Positions 37,696 to 47,627 of a stretch of DNA of 64,000 nucleotides are shown here, piece after piece. The notes under the pieces were generated by a model. The model was not told the DNA's origin and did not search any database. It saw only the letters and a program-made list of their open reading frames with translations. Every line of letters begins with the position of its first letter. Position 1 is the stretch's first letter. This DNA comes from Leptospiraceae bacterium (GTDB lineage Bacteria; Spirochaetota; Leptospiria; Leptospirales; Leptonemataceae). The stretch lies in the NCBI GenBank assembly GCA_040217195.1, contig JAVJNR010000006.1, forward strand, positions 64,001 to 128,000. Reading direction: 5' to 3'. The translations under genes and the position numbers were made by a program.

Positions 37696-38241
37696 ATGCA
37701 ACAGAAGCGACTACATCGTATTACGGCAGAACTAGAAGCTGCAGCATACTTGCATGAACGGAGGGTGGCTATACTCAGGCTGTTGACTGAGCCAGCCACC
37801 CTGTCGCAGGTGGCTGCCGAATTAGGAGTGCATCCGGCCAACCTTTCGCATCACTTTGAGCGTCTCAAGAAAGGAGGATTGATTCAACTTGTGGAGGAGC
37901 GGGACACCGGAAGAGTCATTGAGAAGTATTATCAATCTATTGCACGTAGATTCGAAGTTCATCCCGGGGGAATTTCGCGAGGGGCCAGAAGGGCGCTTTC
38001 TACTCTCCATGGGGCTCTGGGAATCGCTATGGATTCAATAAAGAAGAATGAGCAGGAGGTAATATGTTTCCTTAGACAGAACCGCCTGACGGATAGCCAG
38101 CGAAAAGAGTTCTTTCAGAGACTCAAGGGTTTGGTCGAGGAGTTTGAAGAAAGATCTGAACCGTCTTCTTCGCAAGAGGGGGAAAAGCAAAACGAAGGGC
38201 GACTCTTTGAAATCAATGCCAGTATATATCCAGCGGATTAG
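37696..38241 (+). CDS. ArsR-like winged-helix regulator
   Basis: R.AILRLL.EPATLSQVAAELG....NLSHH...L...GLI.LVEER.....EKYY. Starts 2 nt after the hydrolase stop. Confidence 0.82.
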   Translation: MQQKRLHRITAELEAAAYLHERRVAILRLLTEPATLSQVAAELGVHPANLSHHFERLKKGGLIQLVEERDTGRVIEKYYQSIARRFEVHPGGISRGARRALSTLHGALGIAMDSIKKNEQEVICFLRQNRLTDSQRKEFFQRLKGLVEEFEERSEPSSSQEGEKQNEGRLFEINASIYPAD

Positions 38242-38338
38242 TCTATCGCTACCTGGCTGGTACAATCTTATTGGAGAACGAAAGGACTGCGCGGCGTCGT
38301 CGATTTTCGGCGGTCAGAGCTTTTTTAGCAAAAATCTG

Positions 38339-38935
38339 CTATTGAATCGAGCTGCGAAATAGTTGTTCTGCATCGTCGAAATACTCCAACTTTCCAGTAA
38401 TCTTCCACATCGTGATTGCCCCTTGATGGGCCAGTAGCATCCGTCTGGCCAGAGAAGCCGCTGTATGCTTTCTTTCCAGCCTTCCAACGCTCATTTCTTT
38501 GCGAAGATAGGCAATAAGTTGCGTTTGCCATTTCTGTCCAATCGATTGAATAAAATTCTGCATGGACTCCTCTTCGGCAGGAGTTTGGAGTGCAAAATTA
38601 GCAACCGGGCATCCATTGTATTCATCCGGTTTTTTGGCCAGGTCCCTGGTGAAATGCATCCATCTGGAAAAGAAGTCAGATACAGAATCCGCCTGATCTC
38701 CGGCCTGGAAGATTTCGCTTAGAATCAGATCATTTCTTCTCTGTAAATACTCTCTGGCCAGACCTTCCTTTCCCTGGAAATAATTATAGAGCCCCGGTTT
38801 GTTGGTCCCTGCGTTTTGAACGATTTGCTGAATACCTGTATTTACATAGCCCTGGCGGTAGAAAAGGGCATCCGCCTCTTTTAGAATTCTCTGATCTAGC
38901 CCGGTTTTTTTTCGCCCCACGTCATTATCCCTCAA
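38339..38935 (-). CDS. TetR/AcrR family regulator
   Basis: LFYRQGYVNTGIQQIV..AG..K.GLYNYF.GKE and NGCP. Start uncertain (GTG 38920 possible). Confidence 0.9.
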   Translation of the reverse strand: MRDNDVGRKKTGLDQRILKEADALFYRQGYVNTGIQQIVQNAGTNKPGLYNYFQGKEGLAREYLQRRNDLILSEIFQAGDQADSVSDFFSRWMHFTRDLAKKPDEYNGCPVANFALQTPAEEESMQNFIQSIGQKWQTQLIAYLRKEMSVGRLERKHTAASLARRMLLAHQGAITMWKITGKLEYFDDAEQLFRSSIQ

Positions 38936-38956
38936 AAAATCGTTTGACCAATATGG

Positions 38957-38997
38957 TACCGATCGGTTCTGTTATGTAGATAGCTTACCACTCGGTA
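38957..38997. promoter_or_regulatory. Two related palindromes, probable TetR operators
   Basis: TACCGATCGGTT (38957-68) and TACCACTCGGTA (38986-97) in the divergent intergenic region. Confidence 0.55.
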
Positions 38998-39060
38998 CTA
39001 TTATAATGGCTGAGTGGTAGGAGCCAAGTTTTTTCTATAGATAATTTGAAGGAGTGGAAT

Positions 39061-39558
39061 ATGTCGCAGCAAGAACTACAGAAGTATCCAGAGTCTATGG
39101 TAAGGATTCGATTCCCGGATTGTGATCCATTCGGACATCTCAACAATGGCCGATACCTGGATTATTTCATTACAGCCCGAGAGGAGCATGTCCAGGAGCA
39201 TTACGGCCTGAATCTATTCGGAGACCGTTTCCAGAATCAAAACTGGGTTGTTCGACAGAGCATGGTTTCTCATCTTATGCCGGCCAAAATGAATGAGCGG
39301 GTTTGTGTTCAGACTCGGCTCATAGACTTTTCCAGAAGCTCCCTGCTCGTCGAAGGCATCATGAGAGATGAGACCAGAGAAAGGGTGCTGGCCGTCTCCT
39401 GGGTGGATTTGCGTTACATTGATCTAGTGGGAGCCCGTCCGCTACGCCATGAAAATGATTTAATGGAGATATTCGAATCGGTGCATGTTCCAGCAGACTT
39501 TCATTTTGGCCAGGAAAAGAACCGAATCCGAGATATTCGCAGAGCTCAGGCAGCCTGA
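39061..39558 (+). CDS. Acyl-CoA thioesterase (4HBT / hot-dog fold)
   Basis: IRFPDCDPFGHLNNGRYLDYF..ARE. SD AGGAG upstream. Confidence 0.88.
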   Translation: MSQQELQKYPESMVRIRFPDCDPFGHLNNGRYLDYFITAREEHVQEHYGLNLFGDRFQNQNWVVRQSMVSHLMPAKMNERVCVQTRLIDFSRSSLLVEGIMRDETRERVLAVSWVDLRYIDLVGARPLRHENDLMEIFESVHVPADFHFGQEKNRIRDIRRAQAA

Positions 39559-39604
39559 TGGCTTGATGATACATCCGAGGGCTCTGCTGCCGGGCCAGCT
39601 CTGT

Positions 39605-40477
39605 TTACTCATTGGAAGTAGACGTATCCAGAGTTGGTCCGGAATCATCCTTGAGAAAAACCCCGGAAAGAGCACGATTCATGGATTGGGTTGCCAGATA
39701 GATAAACCGCCTCACCGCATCCTGGATCTGTAACCCTTCTGGCCTTATGTTGGAGATACAATTCCTGCGTTCATCGGTTGTGCCCGACCGCGGTGCATAA
39801 GTCATATAAAGACCCATACTGTCCGGTGAGCTCAGGCCAGGCCGTTCTCCGATTAGTACGGCTACCAGCGCAGAATTGAGGATTTCTCCGACGGGGTCGC
39901 CAATGGCCACGCGTCCCTGTTCTACAATGCAAACTGGTCCAATGCGAAGGTCTTTCTTTTCATTCTGCAATAGGTTCTGGAAGGCTGCAATAAATGAAAC
40001 GGAATGATTCTGCACGGCTCTGGCCGATAGTCCGTCTGCAATAACAAATACTATGTCGAATCGAAAACCGCTGTCGTTGGGCGCCTTTTCCAGTTCCAGA
40101 TGATCTTTGAGACTCTGCTTACTTGCATCATTTAGCTTTCGACCCAGATCCGGCCGCTTCAGGTACAGGGAGCGGTGGCCGGCCTCACTGGAAAGCTTCA
40201 AGCAGTGCAGCCCTATCTTTTGCAGATCTTCTTGCAGACCTGTAGCATCCATGGAGCTGTGAATTGCATCTCTGGCTCTGGAATGATCCAGCTGAAAAGA
40301 AAGCATGGCACTGGTAGGTTGCGATGCACCGCTTCGTCCCAGCGCGATACGGGCAGCAGTGAGGGATTTCAATGCAGTCCAGGTTTCGCCGGATTTTTCT
40401 ACGAACTCATTTCTGGAAGCGGATCTTAATTGATCCCCGGGCGAATCGTTCCCAAGTATTTCCTTACCTGAACTCAT
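39605..40477 (-). CDS. eutC: Ethanolamine ammonia-lyase light chain
   Basis: T.ARIALGRSG, DH.RARDA, YL.RPDLGR, ADGLS, LIGERPGL and RNCISNI. Confidence 0.95.
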   Translation of the reverse strand: MSSGKEILGNDSPGDQLRSASRNEFVEKSGETWTALKSLTAARIALGRSGASQPTSAMLSFQLDHSRARDAIHSSMDATGLQEDLQKIGLHCLKLSSEAGHRSLYLKRPDLGRKLNDASKQSLKDHLELEKAPNDSGFRFDIVFVIADGLSARAVQNHSVSFIAAFQNLLQNEKKDLRIGPVCIVEQGRVAIGDPVGEILNSALVAVLIGERPGLSSPDSMGLYMTYAPRSGTTDERRNCISNIRPEGLQIQDAVRRFIYLATQSMNRALSGVFLKDDSGPTLDTSTSNE

Positions 40478-41859
40478 TTTTTTAGCTCCGAAATGGCTCC
40501 AAAGAATTCTGGTAGCCGTTTTCGTGCTGTGTCTCTGGAATTCGGGTCCAGGCCAATAGATTCCAGCCAGGACTGAAATTCAGGAGCCGCTTTCAGTCCC
40601 AATAACTTGCGAATGTACATTGCATCATGGAAAGAGGTGCTCTGGTAGTTTAGCATGATATCGTCCGCCCCGGGAACTCCCATAATATAGGTAACGCCTG
40701 CAGCTCCCAGCAAAGTGAGCAATATGTCCATATCGTCCTGGTCTGCTTCTGCATGGTTGGTGTAGCAGACATCCACACCCATGGGCAGTCCCAAAAGCTT
40801 TCCGCAGAAATGATCCTCAATGCCGGCACGGATGATCTGTTTCGCATCGAATAGATACTCCGGACCGATAAAACCTACTACGGTGTTGACCAGAAGCGGA
40901 TTATAGCGTCTGGCCACAGCATAGGCTCGCACTTCCAGGGTTTGCTGGTCTATTCCGTGGTGAGCATCGGCGCTGAGAGCGCTGCCCTGGCCTGTTTCAA
41001 AGTACATAACGTTATTGCCCACGGTGCCCCGGTTCAACTCCATTGCCATTTGGTTGGCATCGTGTAGCATAGATAACTCAACTCCAAAGCTTCGGTTCAC
41101 CGCCTCTGTGCCCCCAATAGATTGAAACACAAGATCAACCGGTGCTCCTCTGGCCATTGCATCCATGGTGGATGTAACGTGAGTCAGTATACAGCTTTGA
41201 ACAGGGATCGAATAGGTTTGACGTAATTGATCCAGTAGCTCCAGTAACCTGGTTACCGTAGGCAGGTTATCAGTGGCCGGATTGATTCCAATGACTGCAT
41301 CGCCGCAACCGTACATCAATCCATCCAGGGTGCTGGCCAGAATTCCCTTTTCATTGTCAGTAGGATGGTTGGGCTGCAGGCGAACTGCAAGAGTACCTGG
41401 CTGGCCCAGCGTTGTGCGAAACGAAGTGATTACCTGGCATTTCTTGCTTACCAGAATCATGTCCTGTATTCGCATGATCTTGCTTACAGCAGCCACCATT
41501 TCCGGTGTTAGCCCGGGGCCCACCGATGCAAGATCCCGGGAAGAGGTCTTTTCCGAAAGTAGCCATTCCCGAAACTCGCCCACCGACAGATTGTGCAACG
41601 GAAGGAAAGCCTCTGGCTCATGATCTTCTAGAATTAGCTGACTGACAGAATCCTGTTCCGGAGGCAGCAAAGGCTCTTTGAGAAATTGTAGTAGGGGCAG
41701 GTCTGCCAGGATTAACTGAGCAGCCACCCTCTCTTCTGCGGTGGAAGCGGACACCCCGGCCAATTCATCGCCGGACCTCAGGGGGGTGGCCCGTGCCATC
41801 AGGGATTTCAGATCCGGGAAGGTGTAGGTCCGGTGACCCAGCCGAATAGAGCGTTGCAT
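40474..41859 (-). CDS. eutB: Ethanolamine ammonia-lyase heavy chain
   Basis: RSGDELAG, RLQPNHPTD, GDAVIGINP, YFETGQGS, VVGFIGPEY and DVCYTNH. Overlaps eutC by 4 nt. Confidence 0.96.
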   Translation of the reverse strand: MQRSIRLGHRTYTFPDLKSLMARATPLRSGDELAGVSASTAEERVAAQLILADLPLLQFLKEPLLPPEQDSVSQLILEDHEPEAFLPLHNLSVGEFREWLLSEKTSSRDLASVGPGLTPEMVAAVSKIMRIQDMILVSKKCQVITSFRTTLGQPGTLAVRLQPNHPTDNEKGILASTLDGLMYGCGDAVIGINPATDNLPTVTRLLELLDQLRQTYSIPVQSCILTHVTSTMDAMARGAPVDLVFQSIGGTEAVNRSFGVELSMLHDANQMAMELNRGTVGNNVMYFETGQGSALSADAHHGIDQQTLEVRAYAVARRYNPLLVNTVVGFIGPEYLFDAKQIIRAGIEDHFCGKLLGLPMGVDVCYTNHAEADQDDMDILLTLLGAAGVTYIMGVPGADDIMLNYQSTSFHDAMYIRKLLGLKAAPEFQSWLESIGLDPNSRDTARKRLPEFFGAISELKK

Positions 41860-41879
41860 ACGAAATCTAAGCAAGTTCC

Positions 41880-43550
41880 ATGCCGGTGATTAAAGCTTTT
41901 TTCAATTTTCGCTTGTTGCCTTTTCCGTTTTTAATAACGGTTCGTTTTATGAAATCAGCGGTTCTTTTTCCAAACTCTGTACCTAGGGTACAAAGTCGGG
42001 CGGAAATCTCTGCGATGGGTCTGCAGGGCAGACAGTCCGGGAGCAAAATTCACGGCGAATGCCAGAAATCCTGCCATTTTCCGGGAAGATTTGGCCTGAT
42101 CTTGCTTCTAATCTTATTCGCTGCTATTCTGTCCCCCTCTGGAACTCTGGTAGCGGAAACTACCATAAACTTTCACAGATTGAGCTTTCAATTACCAGGC
42201 GACTGGCAATTGCGCAATCAGGGAAAAATTCTAACCGCAAGCCGTGCCTCGCAACCCGGCACATTGATTATGATTACAGAGCCTTCCGATCTAAGGACCT
42301 GGACAATACGCGGTTTTCTGGAAAATGGAATGGTCTCAATGGAAAGGCAGGAGCAACGAAAACTGGTAAAAGCTTTTCCAGAGCAAGTAGCGGAAGGACT
42401 CACTAAACGAGGTACAGGTTTTGCTTTTCAGGGCCGGGTAACCAGGGATGCGAAGGGGGCCATACGATACGCTGCCTACTATGCTTTCGCAGCAGGAGCC
42501 AGGTTTCAAACCGTAATAATCTTCGCAGATAGCCCCACCAGGCTGGAAGGTATTATCAAGTTATTTGGACCGGCATTTGATGAGCTCAAGGTATCGTTTT
42601 CGCCCACTTCCGTGCGGCCGGCATCCGGGACCAGGCATGGTTTTTTCAACTATACATTGCAGCATCCGGCCCACTGGAAACAGGTTGAATCTCCCTATGC
42701 AAATCTTTCAGTCTATTCCCCTCGGAAGCTTCCAGGTAGCGACTATGTATTTGGTGATACGAATAACTTTGTTGTAGAATACGAGCTGCAGCCTGGAAAT
42801 CCGGTAAGCCCGGTGGCAGCACTGGCTTCCTACCTATCCAATCGCTCCACTACATACTATAAATCCTGGTCCAGCGCAGAGGATGCTCTGCGAATCACTC
42901 GAATTGATGAAATACAGCTACCGGATGGCCGTCAACTGGTGGGCCTGGCATTGGTTCAAACCAACGATGATCGCTTCTATCTGGGCGCCTGGATGATTTC
43001 AGGACCTGGTTACAGTTTGATAATCGCATCTGGCTTTAAGCTATTTCGGTACGATCTAATCAAGAGGGGCAGCACGGCTGCTATTGAGAATCGAGCATGG
43101 TATAACTTCTACGACAGTCTGCCATCCATCGCCTCCACCGTAAATTGGGACAATTCCATGATTCAGCGGTCTGAATCATCTGAGAAATTCCTGCTGGGGC
43201 AGGGTTCCCTGCGTTACCATCGGGAGGCGAATATTTCTGGATCCGGGATCTCCGTCTTTAGCAGCAATCGTGTGCAATGGGATTTTCTCAAAAATAACCG
43301 GGTGCGCTATAAGATGGATAAATTCTCCTCTTTTAATAGCTACGAATACAACCCGGCAACAAATCAGCAAGATACATCGTCCGGCTATTTGACCCGTAAG
43401 GATCAGGCCGGAGAAAACATTTTTCAAGTCTGGAAATCGAGTGCAGAGGAGTACATTATTGTTATACGTCCAGCCGGTGTGGCCACCTTTCATCGTCTGA
43501 CTACCAGCCCGTTCACTATTGATGGATTTCGCCATGGTTGCTGCCGTTAG
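41880..43550 (+). CDS. Secreted hypothetical protein (true start probably downstream, e.g. 42015)
   Basis: Long ORF with a hydrophobic signal-like segment FGLILLLILFAAIL and two similar motifs, SFQLPGDW and TLQHPAHW. Confidence 0.7.
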   Translation: MPVIKAFFNFRLLPFPFLITVRFMKSAVLFPNSVPRVQSRAEISAMGLQGRQSGSKIHGECQKSCHFPGRFGLILLLILFAAILSPSGTLVAETTINFHRLSFQLPGDWQLRNQGKILTASRASQPGTLIMITEPSDLRTWTIRGFLENGMVSMERQEQRKLVKAFPEQVAEGLTKRGTGFAFQGRVTRDAKGAIRYAAYYAFAAGARFQTVIIFADSPTRLEGIIKLFGPAFDELKVSFSPTSVRPASGTRHGFFNYTLQHPAHWKQVESPYANLSVYSPRKLPGSDYVFGDTNNFVVEYELQPGNPVSPVAALASYLSNRSTTYYKSWSSAEDALRITRIDEIQLPDGRQLVGLALVQTNDDRFYLGAWMISGPGYSLIIASGFKLFRYDLIKRGSTAAIENRAWYNFYDSLPSIASTVNWDNSMIQRSESSEKFLLGQGSLRYHREANISGSGISVFSSNRVQWDFLKNNRVRYKMDKFSSFNSYEYNPATNQQDTSSGYLTRKDQAGENIFQVWKSSAEEYIIVIRPAGVATFHRLTTSPFTIDGFRHGCCR

Positions 43551-43609
43551 CGTCGAGCCACGGCTTACTTGCCAGCCACCGGGCAATCTGCACAATGGTG
43601 TCCGGGATC

Positions 43610-46351
43610 ATGGAGCACAAGACCAACTGGCATACACTGCCTATAGAAGAAATCACTGATATTTATCAAGTGAACCCGGAGTCCGGGCTATCAAGCGAAG
43701 AGGCCAGTCAAAGGCTTTCCAGGGATGGTGCGAATTTACTCGAAGAAAGTAAGAGTCGTCCTCTGTGGCTCAAATTTCTGGATCAATTCAGAAGTTTCCT
43801 GACTGCTGTTCTTCTGGGGGCCGGGGCCCTGGCCTGGGCCATTGGAGATCTGAAGGATGCGGTAGTCATTCTAATAGTAGTTCTTTTCAATGCATGCCTT
43901 GGATTCTACCAGGAGCATAGAGCGGAAGCCACGCTGGCGGCCTTGAAGAATATGCTGATTCCTACGGCTCGTGTACGCCGGGACGGTAGTGTTCTGGAAA
44001 TCCAATCTAGAGATATCGTGTCCGGCGACCTGGTGCTGCTTGAAGCGGGCGAACAGGTACCTGCTGACGGTCGCATTTATCATGCATTCAATCTGGAAGT
44101 TCAGGAAGCCTCCCTGACCGGGGAATCTGTGGCAGTACCAAAAACAGAAACCAGGTTAAAGGAAGCAGACCTTTCGCTGGCTGAACGAAGTAACATGCTC
44201 TTTATGAATACAATGCTGAGCAAAGGCAGAGCGGAGATGCTTGTAGTGGGTACCGGCATGGACACAGAAATGGGACGCATTGCCGGTATGCTCTCCGAAC
44301 AGGCCAGGAGCGAAACTCCATTACAGAGACAACTGGATGCCCTGGGTAAGCGTCTGGCCCTTATCGCAGGAATTGTTGTTCTGGGGATATTTGGAATTAC
44401 TCTCTGGCAGGGCGCTCCCTGGGATCAGGCAGCCATGACATCGGTGGCTCTGGCCGTTGCTTCTGTGCCCGAGGGTTTGCCTGCAGTGGTTACTGTTACT
44501 CTGGCCATTGGAATGTGGAGGATGGCCAGGAAAAAGGCAATTCTCAAGAATCTTTCGTCCGTTGAAACCCTGGGATCCACCAATGTAATCTGCACTGACA
44601 AAACCGGTACCTTAACTTTAAATGAAATGACTGCCCGTGCAGGATGGTACTGTGGAGAGCTCTTTCGAGTGACCGGGCAGGGCTATGGCCCCGAAGGTTC
44701 TATTTCGCGATCCAATCTGAAACCGTTACTTCTTCCTATTGCGCTTTGTAACGATGCGCGGATTCAGGAAGATCAGCTAATAGGAGATCCAACGGAAGGT
44801 GGGCTGTACGCTCTTGCCCAAAAAGGAGGGGTGGACCCTCTGGAAGCGATGGAGCGGCATCCAAGAGTTGGGGAGATACCTTTCGATTCTGAAAATAAGT
44901 ACATGGCCACCTTTCATCGGGAAAATGGATTCATGATGATGTACATAAAGGGCGCTCCCGACGTATTGCTTGCAAAATGCTCCAGAATAATTCAGGAAAG
45001 GGAACCCGGCCAATCCCGTGATTCTGGCCAGGATGATACTGACATTCAAGAAGTGACATTGAGCGATGCTCATCGCGAAGCGATTCTAAAGGCTAACGAT
45101 GAAATGGCTTCGGAAGCGTTAAGGATTATTGCTGTGGCCAGTCGGCAAATTCCTGCTCATGAGTATGATCAGAAAGGACCGGACAGCTTTCAAGAGGACT
45201 GGACTTTCCTGGGTCTTGTGGGGCTGATGGATCCTCCCAGAAGCGAAGCGAAGGAAGCCATTCGCAATTGCAAAGATGCAGGTATTATGGTTAAGATGAT
45301 AACCGGCGACCATAGAGCAACTGCGGCGGCTATAGCTAAAGAGCTTCATCTGGATGGAGAAGTGATTACCGGAGCAGAGCTCGATGAAATGGACGATGAG
45401 CAGATGCGAATGCGAATTGATGATATTTCGGTTTTCGCTCGAGTATCTCCGGAACACAAAGTTCGTATTGTAAAGACTTTACAGAGTAATCATCATATTA
45501 CTGCCATGACGGGCGATGGAGTAAACGATGCTCCAGCGCTGAAAGCGGCCAACATTGGAGTCGCTATGGGTAATGGAACAGCCGTGACCCGGGAAGCTTC
45601 CAATCTGGTCCTAACTGATAACAATTTTGTTACCATCAAAGATGCCGTGGAGCAAGGTCGGATCATTTATGACAACATAGTTAAATTCGTAAGATTCCAG
45701 TTATCCACCAACATAGCTGCTATCCTGACCGTGCTTGGAGCTACACTTCTGGGAACTTCCATGCCCTTTACTGCTATCCAGCTACTGTGGATCAATATCA
45801 TAATGGACGGTCCACCTGCCATGACTCTGGGTGTTGAGCCAGGCGGACGCAACTTAATGAAGGAGCCGCCCCGAAAAGCAGAAGTGCCAATTCTAAATAT
45901 GAAACGATTTCTGCGTTTACTGGGATATGGCCTGATCATGATGACCGGAACCTTACTGGTTTTGCAATTTGGTCTACAGCACGGTAACCAGAAGTATGCA
46001 AGTACTCTCGCATTTACAACGTTTGTGTTATTCCAACTCTTCAATGTATTCAATGCCAGAGCAGAAAACAGAAGTGCTTTTGGCTCTAACTTCTTTCGCA
46101 ACTGGCGTTTGTGGATTGCCCTGGTTCTTGTTCTGATCCTTCAGATTATTGTAATCCATTGGCCTCTGGCCGGAGACCTGTTTTCTACTACCAGTCTTTC
46201 GTTGAAAGATTGGCTAATCGCTGCTACAGTGGCTTCCTCGGTGCTGATTTTGGATGAGGTATTTAAACTGTGTGTCAGAGTTCTGCGCTCTGCCTCCTTA
46301 ACAGCCAGAGCGAAATCCTGGCTGCAAAACTCTGCAAGGCGGCCGTTCTGA
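43610..46351 (+). CDS. Cation-transporting P-type ATPase (type IIA, Ca2+-like)
   Basis: LTGES, VPEGLP, DKTGTLT, KGAPD, MITGD, TGDGVNDAPAL and QLLWINIIMDG. Confidence 0.95.
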   Translation: MEHKTNWHTLPIEEITDIYQVNPESGLSSEEASQRLSRDGANLLEESKSRPLWLKFLDQFRSFLTAVLLGAGALAWAIGDLKDAVVILIVVLFNACLGFYQEHRAEATLAALKNMLIPTARVRRDGSVLEIQSRDIVSGDLVLLEAGEQVPADGRIYHAFNLEVQEASLTGESVAVPKTETRLKEADLSLAERSNMLFMNTMLSKGRAEMLVVGTGMDTEMGRIAGMLSEQARSETPLQRQLDALGKRLALIAGIVVLGIFGITLWQGAPWDQAAMTSVALAVASVPEGLPAVVTVTLAIGMWRMARKKAILKNLSSVETLGSTNVICTDKTGTLTLNEMTARAGWYCGELFRVTGQGYGPEGSISRSNLKPLLLPIALCNDARIQEDQLIGDPTEGGLYALAQKGGVDPLEAMERHPRVGEIPFDSENKYMATFHRENGFMMMYIKGAPDVLLAKCSRIIQEREPGQSRDSGQDDTDIQEVTLSDAHREAILKANDEMASEALRIIAVASRQIPAHEYDQKGPDSFQEDWTFLGLVGLMDPPRSEAKEAIRNCKDAGIMVKMITGDHRATAAAIAKELHLDGEVITGAELDEMDDEQMRMRIDDISVFARVSPEHKVRIVKTLQSNHHITAMTGDGVNDAPALKAANIGVAMGNGTAVTREASNLVLTDNNFVTIKDAVEQGRIIYDNIVKFVRFQLSTNIAAILTVLGATLLGTSMPFTAIQLLWINIIMDGPPAMTLGVEPGGRNLMKEPPRKAEVPILNMKRFLRLLGYGLIMMTGTLLVLQFGLQHGNQKYASTLAFTTFVLFQLFNVFNARAENRSAFGSNFFRNWRLWIALVLVLILQIIVIHWPLAGDLFSTTSLSLKDWLIAATVASSVLILDEVFKLCVRVLRSASLTARAKSWLQNSARRPF

Positions 46352-46412
46352 GATTTATCGGAATCGAATTTGATTTCCCTTGCACCCACCGGCTGGCGCC
46401 TGGAACTAAACT

Positions 46413-47108
46413 ATGGAATCAGTGGTGGTGAACTGGAGTGGGGGGAAAGATTCATGCTTTGCCCTTTACAGGACCCTGGAAGCAGGTTGGAAGGTTGAAA
46501 GCCTCTTAACAACTTTGCAGCAAGAGACGAGCGAGCTACCCAGTCGGGTTTCGCACCATGAGGTGCCAGAAACACTTCTAGATAAACAGGCCCTGATGTT
46601 GGGGCTACAATTGCATAAAGTATTTCTTCCGGATCAGCCATCCAATGAGAAGTACGAATCAATCATGCGCGATGCGATGAATGTTTGGTCGCATAAAGGA
46701 CTGAATCGGGCTGTGTTTGGAGACATTTTCCTGGAAGATCTGAAGAAATTCAGAGAGCAGAAACTGGAAAGCATTGGATGGAAAGCTCAGTTTCCATTAT
46801 GGAAATATGACACTGCAGAGATGGCCAGAGAATTCATAGATCTTGGTTTTAGAGCAGTGATCGTAAGTGTGGATGGGCAGAAATTAGGAAGCGAATTTTG
46901 TGGCCGTATCTTTGATTCAGATTTTTTGAACGATATTCCGAAGTCCGTGGATCCCTGCGGAGAGTACGGAGAATTCCATACATTCGTATTCGATGGTCCA
47001 ATGTTTCAGCAACCTGTAGAATGGGCAAAAGGGCCGGTGTACTCCAGGACCTACAGTTATCAGGGTGCGGATCTCATTTATCATTACCAGACTTTGAAGC
47101 CTGTCTGA
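46413..47108 (+). CDS. Diphthine-ammonia ligase-like PP-loop ATPase (DUF71)
   Basis: WSGGKDS, FGDIFL, FPLW and DPCGEYGEFHTFVFDGP. Confidence 0.9.
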   Translation: MESVVVNWSGGKDSCFALYRTLEAGWKVESLLTTLQQETSELPSRVSHHEVPETLLDKQALMLGLQLHKVFLPDQPSNEKYESIMRDAMNVWSHKGLNRAVFGDIFLEDLKKFREQKLESIGWKAQFPLWKYDTAEMAREFIDLGFRAVIVSVDGQKLGSEFCGRIFDSDFLNDIPKSVDPCGEYGEFHTFVFDGPMFQQPVEWAKGPVYSRTYSYQGADLIYHYQTLKPV

Positions 47109-47120
47109 GGCTTTTTATTT
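47097..47120 (+). terminator. Candidate intrinsic terminator
   Basis: AAGCCT-GTCTG-AGGCTT followed by TTTATTT, overlapping the stop codon. Confidence 0.45.
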
Positions 47121-47227
47121 CGGAAGCTCTTATGTCGTTTTAAGTTCAGTTCTGTCCGGCGAAAGCTATAGGAAAATCCAGAGGAATACTGGAATCAATT
47201 TATTATTTCATTGCCATCCTGGTCACG

Positions 47228-47623
47228 ATGAAACGAGATTATTCTATGAAGAGCTCTTCGGTTATACTCATAGGTTTTGTAATACTGTTTTTCACCGGGC
47301 AATGCGCCTTTATGGTAAAAGATAATCGAAGGCTAACCAATTCTCTGGATTACGTAGTTAGTCCGGAATCCACCATGGGCAAAGTGCTTCTTTCGCCTGT
47401 GTTCGTTCCTGTGGGGGCTGTAAGCCTGGCAGCGGATGCAATTGTAATTCATCCTGTGGCCGTGATTCCGGAAGCCCTGGATGATACCTACGAAACAATC
47501 TGGCAGGATCCGGAAGGAAGCATTATCTGGCAGACCTTTCTATTTGTACCCAAAGTTGTCTTTTCGCCGGTCTTCTTTAGCTTCGACTGGTTCTTTAGAT
47601 CCATTTTTGATATAGGGGCATAA
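47228..47623 (+). CDS. Hypothetical lipoprotein (paralog of the N-terminal domain of the next gene)
   Basis: Signal plus TGQC lipobox, P..VPVG....DA...HPV..IPEAL.DT motif. Start 47228 or 47246. Confidence 0.7.
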   Translation: MKRDYSMKSSSVILIGFVILFFTGQCAFMVKDNRRLTNSLDYVVSPESTMGKVLLSPVFVPVGAVSLAADAIVIHPVAVIPEALDDTYETIWQDPEGSIIWQTFLFVPKVVFSPVFFSFDWFFRSIFDIGA

Positions 47624-47627
47624 GTCA

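Noticed and set aside
41860..42060. Cobalamin riboswitch upstream of eutB
   Set aside because: No B12-box or conserved core could be recognised on either strand.
47500..47522. SRP RNA-like motif CAGGATCCGGAAGGAAGCA
   Set aside because: It lies inside a convincing CDS (QDPEGS) with no long flanking helix.
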